DNA of 64,000 nt from Spirochaetota bacterium (GTDB lineage: Bacteria > Spirochaetota > UBA4802 > UBA5550): positions 3,840,001 to 3,904,000 of the forward strand of contig CAXXHB010000003.1 in the NCBI GenBank assembly GCA_963664815.2, written 5' to 3'. The number at the start of each line of letters is the position of its first letter. The first letter of the stretch is position 1. The notes beneath the pieces are model-generated. The model made no database searches. It was not told the origin of the DNA and was given only the letters and a program-made list of their open reading frames with translations. Below, piece after piece: positions 10,049 through 20,143 of the stretch. A program made the position numbers and the translations under genes.

Positions 10049-10816
10049 ATGGACTATAAAACAATTCAGACAGAAGTACTTGAACCGGGGATTATGCAGC
10101 TTGCACTTAACAGGCCGGACAACTATAACGCCGTCTCCTACCTTATGATGGAGGAGCTGGAACATTTCTGGAGAGAAAGGCTCTATGATCTTGGTACAGT
10201 AATAGTAATACTTAAGGGAAACGGCGAAAAAGGTTTCTGTGCAGGTCTTGATATGAAAGAATCCATGGAAAAGGCCCCAAAAATGGGCACAGATGAATTT
10301 TATGCATTCCAGGCGAGACTTGCCAGAATCAACATGCATATGAGAAGGGCTCCCCAGCCTATCATCGCCGAAGTTCACGGCGCGGCATCGGGACAGGGTT
10401 TCAGTTTTGTTCTTTCATCCGACATCAGGATTATAAGCAAAGACGCGAAGTTCAACGCGGCATATATCAATATAGGTCTTGGTGGTGCAGACATGGCATG
10501 CAGTTACCTTCTGCCTAGAATGATCGGCGCGGGAAGGGCTTACGAGTTTATGTACACCGGCAAGTTTATGACATCAGAAGAGGCCTGGAATCTCGGACTT
10601 GTAACACGAGTTGTTGAAAAGGAAAAGCTCCATGAAACAGCCATGGAATTCGCCAAAATTATGATGACCAAGAATCATATGGCTCTGCGTCTCACAAAAG
10701 AGGCTATTAATATGAATATTGATGCCGGAGGGATGGAACAGGCTCTGAATATTGAAGACAGAAATCAGACTCTTCTTGCAATGGGAGCGGCATTGAAAAT
10801 GAATAAAACGAAGTAA
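10049..10816 (+). CDS. enoyl-CoA hydratase/isomerase family protein
   Basis: LNRPDNYNA, FCAGLDM and PIIAEVHGAASGQG motifs. Confidence 0.9.
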   Translation: MDYKTIQTEVLEPGIMQLALNRPDNYNAVSYLMMEELEHFWRERLYDLGTVIVILKGNGEKGFCAGLDMKESMEKAPKMGTDEFYAFQARLARINMHMRRAPQPIIAEVHGAASGQGFSFVLSSDIRIISKDAKFNAAYINIGLGGADMACSYLLPRMIGAGRAYEFMYTGKFMTSEEAWNLGLVTRVVEKEKLHETAMEFAKIMMTKNHMALRLTKEAINMNIDAGGMEQALNIEDRNQTLLAMGAALKMNKTK

Positions 10817-10829
10817 GAATAAAACGAAG

Positions 10830-10862
10830 CAAAAAAAAGGGCTGCCCCTCCGGGACAGCCCT
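10830..10862 (-). terminator. intrinsic terminator between convergent genes
   Basis: AGGGCTG...CAGCCCT stem with an A8 tract (U tract on the minus strand). Confidence 0.7.
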
Positions 10863-10882
10863 GCAGTCAGTAATAAATATAT

Positions 10883-11920
10883 CTACTTGATCATTCCTGT
10901 CACTTTAGTATTAGTCGCCTGCGCTTCTTTAACAATTCTTTCAATTGTCTCCTTAACGGTAGGCATATCATGTATTAAACCGCAGCATTGTCCTATAAGT
11001 TCAACGCCTTTTTTATCCCAGTCACCCTGCTCTGTTGCTGCCTGTATTTTACCGAATGCAGTAGCCATATGAGCAAGCGTCATCATCTTATCCGGCTGTG
11101 CAAGCATGCCGAGCATAACTTTCATTAAAGGAAGATCCATTGATTTTGCGATAGAGGGCCCGACAAGAGCTGCTCTGAAAAGGTTCATCCCGTTTTTGAT
11201 TGATTTTTCGGATGATTTTGATTTAAGAACACGGCACCATAATCCGTCAAAACGGTCTGAATAGAGTGTGTCCTCTATACCCGCATCGAGGTGCGCCTGC
11301 TTTGTTCTTTCATGGACAGGGCTTTCTTTTGTTGTAGCAAGCCTTGTACCCATAGCAACTGCATCAGCACCAAGCGCAAGCGCAGCAGCAAGTCCCTGGC
11401 CTGTGGCGAATCCGCCCGAAGCAACTATTGGAAGATCGAATTTTTCTCTTATCGCAGGAATTAAACAGAGATTCGCAACTTTCCCGCCGTGAGCTGCAGC
11501 TTCATAACCTGTAACCTGAAGGGCATCAACTCCCCCTTTTACTGCCGCATTAGCATGTTTTTCCCCGATTACTGTCTGAATTACTTTCCCGCCGTATTTA
11601 TGAACCCTCTTTACTATATCATCCGGTTTTCCAAGAGATACGTTTATTACCGGAACCTGCATATCTATAAGGACTTCAAGGTTTTCTTTCGCGCCCGGCA
11701 TAAGAAGAGTCGCTCCCGCGCCGAAAGGCTTCTTTGTAAGCTCCCTTATTTTTTTGATGGAGGCTTCGGTCTGTTTTGTTGAAAGAGGGCCCGTAGCAAG
11801 CCAACCGATACCACCGGCATTACAAACTGCGGCAACAAGTTCCGGCGTACTGATCCAGCTCATTCCAGGCAGTACTATTGGATACTTAATCCCGAAAAGT
11901 TCAGTTATTCTGGTTTTCAT
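10883..11920 (-). CDS. nitronate monooxygenase / FabK-like flavoenzyme
   Basis: KTRITELFGIKYPIV, GYEAAAHGG, ASGGF and LGADAVAMGTR motifs. Confidence 0.88.
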   Translation of the reverse strand: MKTRITELFGIKYPIVLPGMSWISTPELVAAVCNAGGIGWLATGPLSTKQTEASIKKIRELTKKPFGAGATLLMPGAKENLEVLIDMQVPVINVSLGKPDDIVKRVHKYGGKVIQTVIGEKHANAAVKGGVDALQVTGYEAAAHGGKVANLCLIPAIREKFDLPIVASGGFATGQGLAAALALGADAVAMGTRLATTKESPVHERTKQAHLDAGIEDTLYSDRFDGLWCRVLKSKSSEKSIKNGMNLFRAALVGPSIAKSMDLPLMKVMLGMLAQPDKMMTLAHMATAFGKIQAATEQGDWDKKGVELIGQCCGLIHDMPTVKETIERIVKEAQATNTKVTGMIK

Positions 11921-11941
11921 TAATATACTCCTTTTTTATTT

Positions 11942-12490
11942 TTATTCAAATTGGTTGTTTATAAACTCTACCGCTTCTTCACACCACTTAACGCGGGCTG
12001 TTTCATAGCTTATTCCGCTTCGAAGATTCAGATAGCGATATTTTCCCTTATCCGGCAGAGACTTTACATCAAAAAAATACTTTTTTTCATATTCCCGGTA
12101 AACCCTGAGTTTCTCTTCATGTATACTTTTAAGCTGTTCCACCTCTTCAAGCAGAACCTCTTTGGGAACAAGGAACCCGACAAACATCTTTACCAGAATA
12201 TCTTCCTTTATTGGAGTAGGTTCAGAGGGCTGCACTATCCATTTAATCAGATAAGATTGCCCCGACTCGGTAACACAGTATATCTTCTTATCCGGCCGGT
12301 CCTTCTGTTTAATCAACTCCGACGTCACCAGTTTCTCATGTTCAAGCCTGGCAAGCTCCCTGTATATCTGCTGATGTGTGGTTTTCCAGTAAAAACCCAC
12401 AGAACTGTTAAATTCTTTGGCAAGGTCATAACCGCTGCACGGCTTTCCTCTTCCCACCAGCGTTGCAAGTATGGAGTGTGACAGTGCCAT
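11942..12490 (-). CDS. PadR-family transcriptional regulator
   Basis: SGYDLAKEF...WKTTHQQIYREL...RPDKKIY. Confidence 0.9.
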   Translation of the reverse strand: MALSHSILATLVGRGKPCSGYDLAKEFNSSVGFYWKTTHQQIYRELARLEHEKLVTSELIKQKDRPDKKIYCVTESGQSYLIKWIVQPSEPTPIKEDILVKMFVGFLVPKEVLLEEVEQLKSIHEEKLRVYREYEKKYFFDVKSLPDKGKYRYLNLRSGISYETARVKWCEEAVEFINNQFE

Positions 12491-12558
12491 AGATTATATT
12501 AATTCAGCGCCTGTTTTACAGACACTCTCCTGTTTCACAATTTTATAAAATAGTCAGG

Positions 12559-12576
12559 TATTCAACTTGTTGCATA
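12559..12576. promoter_or_regulatory. putative PadR operator
   Basis: Near-perfect palindrome TATTCAAC-TT-GTTGCATA upstream of padR, with TTGACA nearby on the minus strand. Confidence 0.5.
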
Positions 12577-12728
12577 TCTATGAATATATCATGATAATGT
12601 CAAGAAATATTATAGTTTTTTTGAAAGGGCATTCAACAACTAACGCTGCAACAAAGGCTCAGTGCAGAAAGCACAATTAATGGATATTGTCACCCCTGAA
12701 TCAGGGATTGTTCAGGATACGCAGAATA

Positions 12729-12920
12729 TCATCGGAAACGACGTCTGACCGGCGCAGAAATATCTTTCTGGCTGCCGAAGAGGTTGGCCAGTTCCTTTCT
12801 TTTATGGAGTGCGATAATTTCTTTGAGCCCTGTTTCGATGGCTTCAGTCTTGGTTTTTGCTCCTGAGATTTTCATCGCCTCATTAAGAAGTTCATCATCT
12901 ATATTAATGGTTGTTTTCAT
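12729..12920 (-). CDS. vapB: VapB-family antitoxin (orphan)
   Basis: MKTTINIDDELLNEAMKISGAKTKTEAIETGLKE. Upstream TTGACA and an ATATGTAT/ATACATAT inverted repeat; probably leaderless. Confidence 0.8.
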   Translation of the reverse strand: MKTTINIDDELLNEAMKISGAKTKTEAIETGLKEIIALHKRKELANLFGSQKDISAPVRRRFR

Positions 12921-13185
12921 ATGTATAAAATATACATCCTGATACATATTGTCAAGCATTCCTGATAAAGAGGAGTTAGAATTTTATAAAGGTATTTGCA
13001 GTTTCAGTAACCGGAACTGCACAGCCCCCGCACACCCGATGGGGCAAAGCAGTTTCATCATCCGATCCTGAAATTTTTTAAAAATTCTGCTTGATCCATG
13101 TCATTTGCTTTTCCGGACTGGTTATATGGAGACATAAATCTCTATATAACGATAAAAAATAATAATAAATAAGGAGCGTAAATCT

Positions 13186-13725
13186 ATGGCAAAAGTAAAG
13201 CTTCATCCCTATTTAAGAACTGCGCATGGAGGCCTGGATGATCTTGTGCTTTACAGACGATATGGAAAGATCTACATTAAAAGGCGTACAATCCCCTCGA
13301 ATCCCCGAACAGAACCGCAGGTGAAATGCAGGGGTAATTTCGGCGGCAGCGTTAAGGCATGGCAGGTGCTTCCGGAGGAGGAGAAGGCCATTTACAGAGC
13401 CAGGGCAAAGAGGAAGAAAAAGTCGGGGTATAGCCTCTTTATGTCTGAATACCTTCGCGGGATTGCACCCGGTTCACCTGTAACTCCATCAGGAAACGGC
13501 ATAACAGGGGATGCTGCGGTTGTATCTGCTTCAGGTGAAGTTACAGAATATACCTGTTATTATTCCAAAAACAGCAGATCAGCAGATAGGGAGAAAAATA
13601 TTAATGCAGAAAAAAACAGAGAGGCATCTGTTAAGACAGTACTTAAGCAGTATGAAGACCCTGTTAAAAACCGTTTCAATACCGTTTCAACACCGTTACT
13701 GACAGAGAAAAACGCGCGTTTATAG
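13186..13725 (+). CDS. basic hypothetical protein
   Basis: AAGGAG RBS; Arg/Lys-rich N-terminal ~90 aa and a low-complexity C-terminus. Confidence 0.65.
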   Translation: MAKVKLHPYLRTAHGGLDDLVLYRRYGKIYIKRRTIPSNPRTEPQVKCRGNFGGSVKAWQVLPEEEKAIYRARAKRKKKSGYSLFMSEYLRGIAPGSPVTPSGNGITGDAAVVSASGEVTEYTCYYSKNSRSADREKNINAEKNREASVKTVLKQYEDPVKNRFNTVSTPLLTEKNARL

Positions 13726-14093
13726 CTGTAAATAAGGTGTTTGAGGCGTAATTGAAACAAAATTGAAGCGAAACTGAATACTCTGTAAACAGATTGTGAT
13801 ATTTGTCATAAATCTTCCGTGGTATTGATCATAAATCTGTTGATGCACAGCGTGGAGTACGCTGGTGTACAATACCTCTATCCGCAGGAAATCCCGACAA
13901 TCCTTTAATCCTGTAATCGTGTTCAGGATTATAAATATAACAGGATTAAGCACGGACTGCTTCCTCCATAGTGATCCCTACGATAAAAATTCCCCGTATA
14001 ATTAAATTATTATACCTGATAATAGATTCTTGACATAAATCAGATTTTTTATATTAATTTGCTACTGTCTGATTTATAAAAGGAGTACTGACA

Positions 14094-14942
14094 TTGAATA
14101 AACTGCTGATTGCTCCAAGAGGATTATATACTCCTGAACTGGAAAAGAAAATTCTGAAGTTTAAAAATTTCACAGCATTTGCATCCTGTACAAATGTATA
14201 TGATACCGGCATAAAAGGATCAATGTTTCTGGAGGATCATCTCCTCCTTGTGGTTTTAGACGGCAGATATACCGTAAAACATAATGAACAAAGCTATACC
14301 GTAAATAAAAACGAAATGGTACTCCTGAGAAAGGCTATTCCAATAGAATATGAAAAATCGGGAGATTTCATGCTTTTTTTTCTGAATGATAATTTTTTAA
14401 AGGATTTTATTCAGGGCATAAAGGTTTATGAGAAACCTGAAGATGAGCTTGTTCCTGTTTCAGTAATCACAGCGGACAAAAGACTGCTGGGTTTTGTTGA
14501 ATCTCTTAAACCCCTTATGAATGAAAAGAAATCAGTAGATGAAAATCTCATTAAGCTCAAGATGTTTGAGCTGCTTTATGATTTAGGCAATATAAACAGG
14601 AATCTTCTGCTGCAGCTGCTGCAGTTAAACCAGCAGACACGGCAGAATCTGGACTACGTGCTTGAAAATAACTATATGAATCCGGTATCACTGGAAGACC
14701 TTGCATACCTCTCCGGCAGAAGCCTCTCCGGTTTTAAAAGAGAATTCAGCAGTAAATACAATATGCCACCATCCCGTTGGATACGGGAAAGACGCCTTAC
14801 CAGGGCAATGGAGCTTCTTACAACAACTGAAATAACCATTACAGATATCTGCTTTTCATTAGGATTTGAAAATGTTTCACATTTCTCAAGGTTATTTAAA
14901 GAACATTACGGGCATTCGCCCTCTTCTTACAGGAAAGATTAA
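14094..14942 (+). CDS. AraC-family transcriptional regulator
   Basis: LAYLSGRSLSGFKREF and GFENVSHFSRLFKEHYG; TTG start with AGGAG RBS. Confidence 0.92.
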   Translation: MNKLLIAPRGLYTPELEKKILKFKNFTAFASCTNVYDTGIKGSMFLEDHLLLVVLDGRYTVKHNEQSYTVNKNEMVLLRKAIPIEYEKSGDFMLFFLNDNFLKDFIQGIKVYEKPEDELVPVSVITADKRLLGFVESLKPLMNEKKSVDENLIKLKMFELLYDLGNINRNLLLQLLQLNQQTRQNLDYVLENNYMNPVSLEDLAYLSGRSLSGFKREFSSKYNMPPSRWIRERRLTRAMELLTTTEITITDICFSLGFENVSHFSRLFKEHYGHSPSSYRKD

Positions 14943-15194
14943 ATTTACAGTCTCACTTCAGTAAAATTCCTATGATATCAATAATCAATTTTTTGAACAT
15001 TTTGAACATAAAGAACAGTATGATATTTTAGCGAGACTCCAATCTGGCCGGGTTTATTTTCGGTTGACATTTTATAACATTAAACTATATTAATTTAATA
15101 TTACGCTTCAACCGTTTCAGATAACCGGCAATCATTAGTAAAGATTCATCTGAACTTTAATACAAACGTGAAAATAAAAAAAGAATAATATTAT

Positions 15195-16121
15195 ATGGAA
15201 ACTAAAAGCAAAGTTCCGGCAGACCTTGCGCATGATATGATAAAAAACATCCGCATACTTGCATTGAACGGGAAAACACCTTTCAGAAAATATCTGTATG
15301 ACCCTCTTTTTGAAGCGGGCTGGAGTAATGATGACAACAGACAGGATATTCATAAACTGATTGAACGCCTCAAAGAGGAATCCTCCAATCCATCACTTTT
15401 TGATACAATAGCTCCACGCTGCAAAAGAGTTATATGTTATTCCATGAAAGAAAAATTATCCGTACTGGGAAACAGTTCAATATTTTTCCTTGAGAAAATT
15501 CAGGCTAATGCGCGTGTCGCGGCAAGCCCGGAATCAGTCGAATTTGCAGGAATAATTGCTCCCCCGCTGAATGAATTTAACGGACTGAACAGCGAAAAAA
15601 ATGAAAAGCTGTTTCTCGAGGCAGTTAACACAGCCGAAGTTGCCGAAATATTAACCGCATTAGAGCCTGTAAAACTCGGCAGCAGCCCTGAGAAAGTGAA
15701 GCTTGATGACGAAATAAAAAGGCTTTATGACAATATCCAGATTGCCAGCAGTTATCATAACATCCCCAAATGCCGCAGGCTTCTCTCCTCATACATAATC
15801 CATTACAGCGATAAAGAGGACTATTCCAGAAGCGATGTCGAAAAACTTATTGAAGCCCTTGCCAAACGGGAACCTGGATTTGAGAGTGATCTGAAAAACA
15901 CAATTGCCATTGATCTTTATTACAGGATTACACAATCCGTTCATGGCGGAGACATTAAAACAACAATCCAGGGGATCAGAAAATACGGCTACATATTCGA
16001 AGGGGATTCAGCATCAAAACATTTTTATGACATTGACAGGCTTGAGCGGATACTCTATAAAATAATTTCTGAAAAAAACCTGTGGAAAGAACTGAAAAAA
16101 GATTACCGGGGGATATCATGA
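15195..16121 (+). CDS. hypothetical alpha-helical protein, first gene of a partner-switching operon
   Basis: 308-aa ORF whose stop overlaps the STAS start (ATGA). Confidence 0.75.
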   Translation: METKSKVPADLAHDMIKNIRILALNGKTPFRKYLYDPLFEAGWSNDDNRQDIHKLIERLKEESSNPSLFDTIAPRCKRVICYSMKEKLSVLGNSSIFFLEKIQANARVAASPESVEFAGIIAPPLNEFNGLNSEKNEKLFLEAVNTAEVAEILTALEPVKLGSSPEKVKLDDEIKRLYDNIQIASSYHNIPKCRRLLSSYIIHYSDKEDYSRSDVEKLIEALAKREPGFESDLKNTIAIDLYYRITQSVHGGDIKTTIQGIRKYGYIFEGDSASKHFYDIDRLERILYKIISEKNLWKELKKDYRGIS

Positions 16122-16474
16122 ATGAAGCATTATTAAAAATCAGCGAGTCAGTCAGTGACGGTGTATGTATTATATCACCTTCAGGAGATATCGACGCTCA
16201 TACAGCACCCCTGTTCAAAGAGGCAATTGAAAAAAATATCTCATCAGGCAATATACGAATTGTTTTCAACTTCTCATCACTGAATTATATATCCTCGGCA
16301 GGTATAGGATTGCTGAATGCTGCCCTGAACACACTCAAAGGGAAGGGGGGAAAAATGTCAATTGCCTGCGCCAGCCCGGCAATACTCGATACACTTGATG
16401 TCATGTATTTCACAAAAAAAGTCCCTGCCAGAATGGATTTACAATCGGCAGTTACGGAGGTCAAATCGGCCTGA
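16118..16474 (+). CDS. STAS anti-sigma factor antagonist
   Basis: GDIDAHTAP and LNYISSAGIGLL; ATG at 16118. Confidence 0.88.
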   Translation: MNEALLKISESVSDGVCIISPSGDIDAHTAPLFKEAIEKNISSGNIRIVFNFSSLNYISSAGIGLLNAALNTLKGKGGKMSIACASPAILDTLDVMYFTKKVPARMDLQSAVTEVKSA

Positions 16475-16476
16475 CT

Positions 16477-16899
16477 TTGAAAAAAAACACAATCACAATA
16501 AAGGCCAGCACATCCGAGCTGTGCAGCGTAAGGGATTCTGTAAAAGCTTTTATCGGTAACGGTCTGGATACGCGTGAAACCGGACAGGTGGTGCTCGCAA
16601 TTGATGAGGCATTATCAAATATAATCATTCATGGATATAAGTGCGACGATTCAGGCACCGTAAAAATAGAGATGGAGTCTGACAGATCATCATTCAGGTT
16701 TGTTATTTCCGACTTTGCGCCGGCATTTAATCCGCTTGATATACCCCCTCCTGACATTGATGAATACTTCAATTCCGGGAGTTCCGGCGGGCTCGGTGTG
16801 GACATTTTTAAAAAATCAATGGAAGTATATTATGAAAAAAATGAAACTTGCGGAAACCGGCTCATCATGGTTAAACAGAGGGAAAAACAGCATAATTAA
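16477..16899 (+). CDS. RsbW-like anti-sigma factor kinase
   Basis: LAIDEALSNIIIHGY, D.APAFNP and GGLGV motifs. Confidence 0.88.
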   Translation: MKKNTITIKASTSELCSVRDSVKAFIGNGLDTRETGQVVLAIDEALSNIIIHGYKCDDSGTVKIEMESDRSSFRFVISDFAPAFNPLDIPPPDIDEYFNSGSSGGLGVDIFKKSMEVYYEKNETCGNRLIMVKQREKQHN

Positions 16900-19861
16900 C
16901 TTCAGCCCTGCCGGATTTATCCGGAAGAGGCCCTTACTACGCAGAATCATGCCCGGGATAAGGTTCAAGCTGTCATTTTTATTCGGTATTTTTGTATCTA
17001 TTATACTCGCATCCGCAGCTGTTTTTAATTATCTGAACCAGAGCCATATCATTGAAGAGGGATTTCAAAACGAGATTGAAGCATCATTAAAATACATCAA
17101 CTCAGTTGCCGTTTCAATGGACAGTGTGAGAACAAACCTTCTGCTCATTGAAGAGATGAAAATCAGGATTAAGGAAAAGCAGGAGGATCTGAAAAAATAC
17201 AAGGCTTATGTATACAGAAAAAAAGATTCATGGGGTAATACCTTCAGAAAATTCGGGAAAAAACTGGGTATTGACGTGCGGTATGACTACTACCGGAAGG
17301 GGTATGATACATACTTCAGCATATACCTCCCGGAGAAACAGATAGCAGCTCTTGAAAAAAAGGTTATTGAACAGCTGAAACACAGGGATGGAAGCCCGAT
17401 TACTCCTGCTGAACTGAAGATTATAGAAACCATGGGTCAGTCTGTAATTTACTACCAGCGCCGCATTGATGCAGTTGAAAAAGAGATTGAATCAATCAAC
17501 GGGAATACATCTCCGCAGAATAATAATCCCGCAAACCAGCCGCCTGACATATCAAAAAAGAACCGTATTCTTGAAGCACGTTTAAAAAAAGAAAAAACGA
17601 ATAAAGCTTATGCGGATAAAAGATTTACAAATAATCTGAAAATTTTCTATGAATATAATTTTAACAGTCTTGAAGGAACAGGGCTGGCGAACAGCAATAT
17701 CCGTATTATAACATACGGTGCGGATGGAGAAATCAATTATGATACCGGCTCCTTAATAAGGGACGGATTCATAAAGTTCTCCCCCCTTATGAAACATGCT
17801 CAGTTTATCACAGACAACAGTAATTTTTTCACCTCATCCGACCAGGTCACATTGGCCGGCACAAGGGAATACAACTACAACATCAGCGGAAGAAATTATC
17901 ATGTCAATTACCGCCCTGTATTTAAAAATCCGGCCACTTACGAACGCATTGTTGCAATCCGTAAGGACTTTGAGAAAAACAGTTCAAAATGGATCCCATT
18001 CCTGAAAGAGGACGCGCGAATTTCCGCTCTTATATCGGCGCAATGCACAAAAATCAGGGACAGACTTGCAATACTTAAACAGAACAAAAAAGTTCCCGGT
18101 TCTGACAGTGAATACAGGTCGCTCTATGATGATTACAAAAAACTGTTAAAGGAAAGATCCGGTTTTTTTGCAAAACTCGCCCCCTACTCTGATGAAATCA
18201 TCAGGATGAGAGATTATTATAAAGAGCAGTTAAACATCCTGAACACGGATATTGCCTCAGCAAAGAAAAGGATCGATGAACTCAAAGCTGATAATACCGT
18301 TAATAACGATGATGACAGGAAAAATGAAATTGAAGCCCGGCAGGCTTTTATTGACGATAACAGCCGGCGCATCGCAAAACTAAGACAGGAGATGAAGAAA
18401 TCGGAAGAGGATATCTGGCAATCTGAAAAGCTTACTTCCAGTGATGCAATGCGCTTCATCAGGGAAGCTGCACTGCTGGATTTTGCCATACTTAAACCGA
18501 ACACCAATCCTCTTGCTTACAGGGACTACCTCCGTTCATCAAAGGCAAGAGTTACCGAATCAGGAAGGTTTGACACGCTTAGAAACTGGATAATGGATGC
18601 GAGCAGCGAAACCGGTCTCCCGGCTGATGTCCAGGGTATGAAAAACACCCCTCTCGCCGGTGACGGAATTCTTGCATACAGCAGAAGTGAAATTGAGGAA
18701 TACATGTGGCGTCTGGACAGCACCCCGATAGCAGGAGAGATCGGTGTGCTGTCCGTTGATGCCGGAGGTGGTCTGCTGTCAGATCTGATGGAAAACAGCA
18801 TTACCGGCTTTAATGCAGTGCTGATTGATAAAACCGACGGGATGAACAGAATAATCCGCAACAGAAATATTATGATATTCTATTCATCACTTATAGCCCT
18901 TTTCTCAATCATCCTCACATATTTCCTTGCCGGTTTCATGGTCAGCAGAATTAAAGGGATCATCGCACAGGCAGCCCTTGCCGGACATGGGGAGCTTAAT
19001 GTTGTGTTTCCTGAAAAGGGGCTTGATGAAATAGAGACCCTGGGAGTATCACTCAACACAATGATGAAGGGACTCAGGGAAAAGGAGGAGCTGAAGGGTG
19101 AAATAGCCGCAGCTGGCGAAATACAGAAGATTCTTCTCCCGGAGACAATTCCATCCAACCTTGAAGGCTTTTATTCAATCGGCACATTCTACCGCTCCAT
19201 GCAGGGCGTAGGCGGCGACTATTATGACCTGATTGAACTTGATGAGAACCGCATATTCTTCTGTATAGGGGATGTGTCCAGTCACGGAGTAGGCCCTGCC
19301 ATAGTCATGTCGATGCTGCGTGCACACCTCCATGGTATAATACAGCGCGGAATACGGGAACTCGTGGAAATATTGTGCGAATTAAACCGGCAGATATTTT
19401 CAGAGACCCCTCCTCATATATTCGTTACACTGTTTGTAGGGATTATTGACAGGGCATCCAATGAAATCGAATACTGCTCAGCAGGGCATCCGCGGGCCAT
19501 GGTCTACCGTTATAAAAAAGACGAGGTTGAAATACTGCCGGAGGGTGGTCTCCCCGTAGGTATGGATGATAATGACTTTTTTGCCGGGACTATAAGCGTA
19601 AACAGAATTAAACTCTCCCCCGGAGATCTTTTCTTCCAGTACACTGACGGGGCAAGCGAGGCTATGGATGGTTCAAAAAAACAGTTCGGTGAAGCAGGGA
19701 TCAGCGGAGAACTTAAAAAATACGCCAGGAAAAAGCCCGAGGCTGTAATCAACCGGATTGCGGAGGCAATAGAAGCCTTTACTGGGAAAAAAATAATAAA
19801 CACAACCGTCAGCGAACTTAACGACGACATAGCAATGATACTGTTTAAAAGAATCAAATAA
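16700..19861 (+). CDS. membrane sensor with HAMP and SpoIIE/PP2C phosphatase domains (true start uncertain, possibly 16949)
   Basis: Two TM segments flanking a large extracytoplasmic coiled-coil region; DEIETLG HAMP; VGGDYYD, GDVSSHG, SAGH, YTDG and DDIAM motifs. Confidence 0.88.
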   Translation: MLFPTLRRHLIRLIYPLLTLMNTSIPGVPAGSVWTFLKNQWKYIMKKMKLAETGSSWLNRGKNSIINFSPAGFIRKRPLLRRIMPGIRFKLSFLFGIFVSIILASAAVFNYLNQSHIIEEGFQNEIEASLKYINSVAVSMDSVRTNLLLIEEMKIRIKEKQEDLKKYKAYVYRKKDSWGNTFRKFGKKLGIDVRYDYYRKGYDTYFSIYLPEKQIAALEKKVIEQLKHRDGSPITPAELKIIETMGQSVIYYQRRIDAVEKEIESINGNTSPQNNNPANQPPDISKKNRILEARLKKEKTNKAYADKRFTNNLKIFYEYNFNSLEGTGLANSNIRIITYGADGEINYDTGSLIRDGFIKFSPLMKHAQFITDNSNFFTSSDQVTLAGTREYNYNISGRNYHVNYRPVFKNPATYERIVAIRKDFEKNSSKWIPFLKEDARISALISAQCTKIRDRLAILKQNKKVPGSDSEYRSLYDDYKKLLKERSGFFAKLAPYSDEIIRMRDYYKEQLNILNTDIASAKKRIDELKADNTVNNDDDRKNEIEARQAFIDDNSRRIAKLRQEMKKSEEDIWQSEKLTSSDAMRFIREAALLDFAILKPNTNPLAYRDYLRSSKARVTESGRFDTLRNWIMDASSETGLPADVQGMKNTPLAGDGILAYSRSEIEEYMWRLDSTPIAGEIGVLSVDAGGGLLSDLMENSITGFNAVLIDKTDGMNRIIRNRNIMIFYSSLIALFSIILTYFLAGFMVSRIKGIIAQAALAGHGELNVVFPEKGLDEIETLGVSLNTMMKGLREKEELKGEIAAAGEIQKILLPETIPSNLEGFYSIGTFYRSMQGVGGDYYDLIELDENRIFFCIGDVSSHGVGPAIVMSMLRAHLHGIIQRGIRELVEILCELNRQIFSETPPHIFVTLFVGIIDRASNEIEYCSAGHPRAMVYRYKKDEVEILPEGGLPVGMDDNDFFAGTISVNRIKLSPGDLFFQYTDGASEAMDGSKKQFGEAGISGELKKYARKKPEAVINRIAEAIEAFTGKKIINTTVSELNDDIAMILFKRIK

Positions 19862-20050
19862 CATCTATTTGATTTCAGAGACAGCATCCCACTCCGCTTC
19901 ATTGTGAAAGGATTCAGTGAACCGGTTCCGGAATTAATCGGATTGCCGGGAATGTTAATATATTGTAATATTATATTAACATTCTGTCCATTCACCGATA
20001 TAAAAATATAAACTTACAATCTTCCATTCATTAAATCATTAAAAAATTCA

Positions 20051-20090
20051 CTGGGCTGAATAGAAAACATTTTGAACTGAAAAGAAAAGC
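20051..20090 (+). promoter_or_regulatory. putative AraC-type tandem binding site
   Basis: Two imperfect direct repeats 21 bp apart; the 15-mer TTTTGAACTGAAAAG is identical to 24209-24223. Confidence 0.55.
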
Positions 20091-20143
20091 AAAATAATTA
20101 TAAATGTAAAATTATCTTCAGCAATAAAAAGGAGAAAACAGCT

